Positions 59,551 to 64,000 of a stretch of DNA of 64,000 nucleotides are shown here, piece after piece. The notes under the pieces were generated by a model. The model worked only from the letters and a program-made list of their open reading frames with translations. It was not told the origin of the DNA and did no database searches. Position 1 is the first letter of the stretch. Each line of letters starts with the position of its first letter. The position numbers and the translations under genes are program-made. This DNA is from Macrostomum lignano (lineage: Eukaryota): contig NIVC01000440.1 in the NCBI GenBank assembly GCA_002269645.1, positions 1 through 64,000 of the forward strand. Reading direction: 5' to 3'.

Positions 59551-60047
59551 CTTGATGCTTTGCTTTTGGTGTTGATGACGTTTAGAGTTTTCTGGTGGGT
59601 AGCTGTTATCTACAGGTGGGTAGCTGTTATCTACAGGTGGCTAGCTGTTATCTACAGGTGGGTAGCTGTTATCTACAGGTGGGTAGCTGTTATCTACAGG
59701 TGGCTAGCTGTTATCTACAGGTGGGTAGCTGTTATCTACAGGTGGCTAGCTGTTATCTACAGGTGGGTAGCTGTTATCTACAGGTGGCTAGCTGTTATCT
59801 ACAGGTGGGTAGCTGTTATCTACAGGTGGCTAGCTGTTATCTACAGGTGGGTAGCTGTTATCTACAGGTGGCTAGCTGTTATCTACAGGTGGGTAGCTGT
59901 TATCTACAGGTGGGTAGCTGTTATCTACAGGTGGGTAGCTGTTATCTTCAGGTGGCTAGCTGTTATCTACAGGTGGGTAGCTGTTATCTACAGGTGGCTA
60001 GCTGTTATCTACAGGTGGCTAGCTGTTATCTACAGGTGGGTAGCTGT
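57290..60047. repeat. iRhom-2 intronic/downstream repeats: CT-rich 57290-57670; 22-bp 58700-59112; 21-bp GGTAGCTGTTATCTACAGGTG 59594-60047
   Basis: Direct reading. Confidence 0.93.
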
Positions 60048-61779
60048 CTTTTTATTGTCGGCTCTTTACCTTTTTTATGACCGATCTAATATTTTGTAAA
60101 TTTTGGCAAGTTTTTAATAATTACATGTAGTTTTGTGATTAATCCTTGTATAATTTACTGAATTTGCGATTATTTGACCAGCTTGCATTGCATTTAGCCT
60201 TAGTTCTGCATAACATATATAGATATCTTGTTCAAATACATGTACTTCTACTTGACCAGTTACTGAAACAGGTACTGGAACAGGTATTTTAGGACTAGGA
60301 TTGGAACAGGTATTAGAGCAGGGGCTTGAACAGGTACTGAAACAGGTACTTGAACAGGTACTGAAACAGGTACTTGAACAGGTACTCAATAAGATACATT
60401 TACGAATAAGTAATCAAATTGTTGCAATAAGTCACGGCGTTAAAGAACCCACAACTTCCCAATGTTAACTGGCCAATACTGACGCATTCATTCGTGTATT
60501 TGTTCAGAACTTTTTATATTATATTGAATAGTTGTTATCCTATAAATGAGCTGCCTGATTTTGGCATTGCAATCATTAAAATTTTCTCCAAATCAATTAC
60601 TTGTGTACTTTTAATTTAGCTAAAGCCTTCACTCGCAACTTTTAAATTGGTTAAGTTTAAATTATTCCAAAATGGCGCCTATTCGCCCATGAATCTACGA
60701 GTTTTGCTACTAGCAGTAGCGCTGCTGGATTTTAGCAATCAATTTATTGAACAAAACTCGCATCTGTTTATAATTTGTTTTAGTAAAATTTTATACTGTT
60801 ATCTTGTACGCTTTATAAACTGTTTTTCTAATTGTGCCCAAAGCCAACGCAAATTATGCATGCAACACGCGCATTATTCAGAAACTTTCTAAAATTAATT
60901 TGCTCATTAATGGGAATGTTTTTTTGCTATTTGTCCCACGCGTGTTTAAATAAACGGTCAAACTGTGCCTTTGACTTAAGCATGACTTGGTATTTTATTA
61001 TAATTTAATTTGAATATATTGCGGCTTCTTATATATAACTCTTGTGGTATAGTTTCAATATTTCAGCATTTTGGGATGAGGGCAGAAAAATTTTAACCGT
61101 AGGCAATTACTTAATTGATTGCCTTTAATTTATTTGTTCTCGCGAGGTCAATTGTGAATATTTTTATTTGGTCTTTTTCAGCCTTTAGTAGCGTTTCATT
61201 CTAGCAGTAGAACTGCCAGAAGTCGCCCCTGACCATTTTTGCTGCTGAGCAATGCAGGCACACGAAACCCCATAACGCAGACAAACTTTTTGTTGTGCAT
61301 CTTTTCAAATAAATATTAAGTCACCAGCCCTCCAGACCGTCGAGATATTAAAAATTCGCCTCAGTGCAGCCTTGCCAAGTCTCCAAACTCTTAAAACGGT
61401 AAGCCGACGGATGTCCCGAATACGGGAATACGGGACAAGCAGCCACTTCTGCTGCAGCCGAAAACTTAAAACTAAGCTCTATGGTCAAAACTGCAGCTGC
61501 GCTGCACTGCCGTTGCCGATGGCTGTGTCCCAAAAACGGGACACACAGCTTTATTTTAATTTAAAATAAGTGAAAGTGCTAACAGAACAGAAACAGGATT
61601 AGAACAGATAATTTTGGATTGACACCATAGCAACGGAAAGCTCCTTGTTAGGGTACTCCATAAATATTTAAATTTTATTCAAGGGTGGGGACAAAAAGGG
61701 AGCGGGTTAGGAATGGAAAGAGCAAAGTCAACCGAGGGTGTGGAAGAAAAAAACATGAAGACGAGAAGTTCTGTAACAG

Positions 61780-63001
61780 TCAGTGCGGTTGGCTGTGCCA
61801 GTTTCTGAAGCACTGGCCTATACAAAGTGCTGGTACTCCCGGACAATCAGGGCATATGTACACTGTCTTCTTCGCGATTCGGTTCTCGCTGCACACGCGG
61901 CATCGATTACACGGCCGAACATGGGCAGCGTTCAATGGAGCTTTGGTCGGCAAATGCTGTACTGCAGGGCCGTCACCTGCCGGTCCGACTGCTGCAGGAC
62001 GGCCTGCCCTGACAGCGAAATGGCGCCTGCTCCTGCCAGTCTCCTCCACCAAGATGCTGACCGCTTTGCGCAGAAACGCCAGGAAAGTCTTGGTACCTCC
62101 GTGCTGGCGGTAGACGATCCACGAGTTACGAACCAGAAGCAGCAGCAGGTAAAACGCGAGTTTCTGAAACCAGCGCTGCGTTTTCCGGCTGGCCAGGTAG
62201 GGGTTCGCTGCCGAATCCATACGGTCCACGCCGCCCATACTCTTCGAGTAGGTGACCACTGTCACTGGCTTCGCAATCACCTGCTGCTCGCCTCCCCGAC
62301 GGACTCGTGGCACGTTCACACAGGCAGCCTGCCCAGCAGTGTCCAGGAGATACACGGTCTTTGTTCCGCTGCTCTTCCTGTCCGCTGGATCTTGGCCAAG
62401 GGCCCTTCCTGGACATCCGTGCAGTCGTAGAAACGAAGGCAGGAAAGCAGCTGCTTGAACCTATCTCTCGAGAGGGCATTGGGCATGGACAGAAAGGAGC
62501 AATGGAAAACAGGGTCCTGGCTCCAGTAGCTGCTGATCTCCGGCTTTTTGTCCAGGCCCATCAACAGAACAGCTTCCTCACCTCATCATCTGTACAATCT
62601 CTCCAGTTCTTTACCAGCTTCGGCAACTGCTCTTCGTCAGCACACTCCTCGAATATCTTCCACGCCCTACGATTCGTCCAGGTTTTCACGCTTGCAATGA
62701 TTCCATCAGTGAGGTAGAGACGCAGAAACTCCTCTTCGTTTCCATCAGCTGAAGCTTGAGGCCTCCAATCTGGGTGAACCCCTGGTGTTCCCAGAAACTC
62801 GGCTTCATTCGGCACAGCATCCATTCCTGTCTGAACAAAGTGCCACTCTGGTACATCACCAACTTCCTCTGTCTGCATGCCTTCTTCTTCTTCTTCTTAT
62901 TCTTCGCCTTCTTCCTCCATCAACTCGTCCTCGATTCTATCTAGCGACTCCAGCGAGTCGTCATCAGTGAAAATGTCTGCGTATTCGTTTTCAGATTCCA
63001 T
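61780..63001 (-). pseudogene. piggyBac-family transposase remnant with internal deletion of most of the catalytic core
   Basis: ATG 63001, early TAA; LRLYLTDGII, YWSQDP, LSRDRFKQLLSCLRF...PLAKI then a jump to KTVYLLDT, YSKSMGGVDRMD, RWFQKLAFYLL, C-terminal CRVC...YICPDCP..LCIGQCF Cys-rich domain; TIRs not identified. Confidence 0.85.
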
Positions 63002-63089
63002 GGCAATAACAACGCGAGTAAGCGCAGCAGCCAGTGAGACAGTAAATATATAGTTAGAGTGAAAGTGCAGGAAAAATAAGAGAGGCTAT

Positions 63090-64000
63090 TTAATTGTAAT
63101 TGGACAGGGCCCTAAACGAATATATTTAAAAGACATTAAACTAGGGAGGGGGAGTGCAGATAATAAAAAAGGGGATGGAACTCGCGACTAAAAGAGGCGA
63201 GGTTGAAGAGCCAATCAGAAGGCAGCGAGGGAAACAGATAAAAATAACAAGACTGAACTGGACAAAGAGGGAAAAAACAGTAAACAGAGACAAGTGCAGA
63301 TAAAATTAAGAAATGACTAAGACAGTCGCGACAGAGAGAAACCGGCGGGAAAGGGGGTGCTGCAGCAGCAACTTTAGCGACTGTTCAATAGTCTATGACC
63401 CGATTTCGGGACAGCCGTCGGCAACAGGGGTGATGCTAAACGTAGCGGACGAGCTGGCAGAGATTCTCGGGCCTGAAAACGTCGGAGCCTGTCCTGAGTA
63501 AAGGCGAGGCATTCACAGATGAAGTGCTTCGAATTCTCGACACTAGAGAGGCAGAGAGGGTATTCCTTGCTACGGATTTTTCCCTGGAGGTGGCGATGCC
63601 TGGCAAAACAGCCATGACCCGAGAGGGCCATGGTCACCGCCCTGATGTCCCTGCGGTTGAGTCCAAGCAGGGCGGAGGAAGGACAGGGGACCGCCGCGCG
63701 GCATTGCCGGCAGTCGGGGGCGTTAGCCAACCTCCGTGTGCTTTGAAGCCACCCACTGGTTGATCCGAGTGGTGACAACGGCGGTGGGTGTGGGGGCCAC
63801 GGGCAGGGGACCAGTAAAAGAACCGGTCGAGCCAGCCTTGGCCAGGCGATCGGCCAACTCGTTGCCGGGGTGGCCCGAGCGCCCGAGGATCCACCTTAGT
63901 GACACCTTGTTAGAGGCGCCTAAGCGGTTGAGCTGCCCGATGCAATCGAGGACTGTACGCGAGCAGGTGGTGGTGCGCGCAAGAGCGTCGATCGCCGCTT
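63090..64000 (-). mobile_element. 3' end of an RNase H-containing non-LTR retrotransposon (R1/I-like), degenerate, runs off the window
   Basis: [25 protein letters not shown] RNase H motif; ALSGHG and ..PLC...[10 protein letters not shown] zinc-finger-like motif; pyrimidine-rich 3' UTR; left boundary approximate. Confidence 0.8.

Overview
Eukaryotic, intron-containing, minisatellite-saturated animal DNA. Gene style and repeat load suggest a free-living flatworm such as Macrostomum, but this is an inference. There are six spliced + strand genes: a GRDP/DUF1399 glycine-rich-domain gene (1144-6892, one frameshift), TRAPPC6 (21338-23300), TRUB2 (25558-28029), DGCR8/pasha (29365-38339) and two tandem inactive-rhomboid (iRhom/RHBDF) paralogues (40944-53094, 54874-59550). 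A secreted PAN/Apple + C-type-lectin gene is nested antisense in an iRhom intron (49443-50324). Mobile DNA includes a full-length minus-strand Ty3/Gypsy element (10006-20099, TAGT target-site duplication), a decayed DD34D mariner, a tRNA/CORE-like SINE, an internally deleted piggyBac and the RNase H-bearing 3' end of a non-LTR element. The most unusual object is the Gypsy element. (i) It has an intact third ORF that is not env-like and carries an RRRSRWD U2AF-ligand-like motif. (ii) Its R/U5 region holds a complete unpaired 3' splice site plus five more TTT(C/A)CAG-type acceptors conserved in both LTRs, an outron-like layout. (iii) It has a tandem array of tRNA-Leu primer-binding sites that extends into the LTR. 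(iv) Its U3 is packed with ETS/CArG and AP-1 motifs. Together these suggest a splicing/trans-splicing-aware retrotransposon; this is a hypothesis and untested. All exon models are manual, from ORFs and GT/AG sites; no database searches were run.
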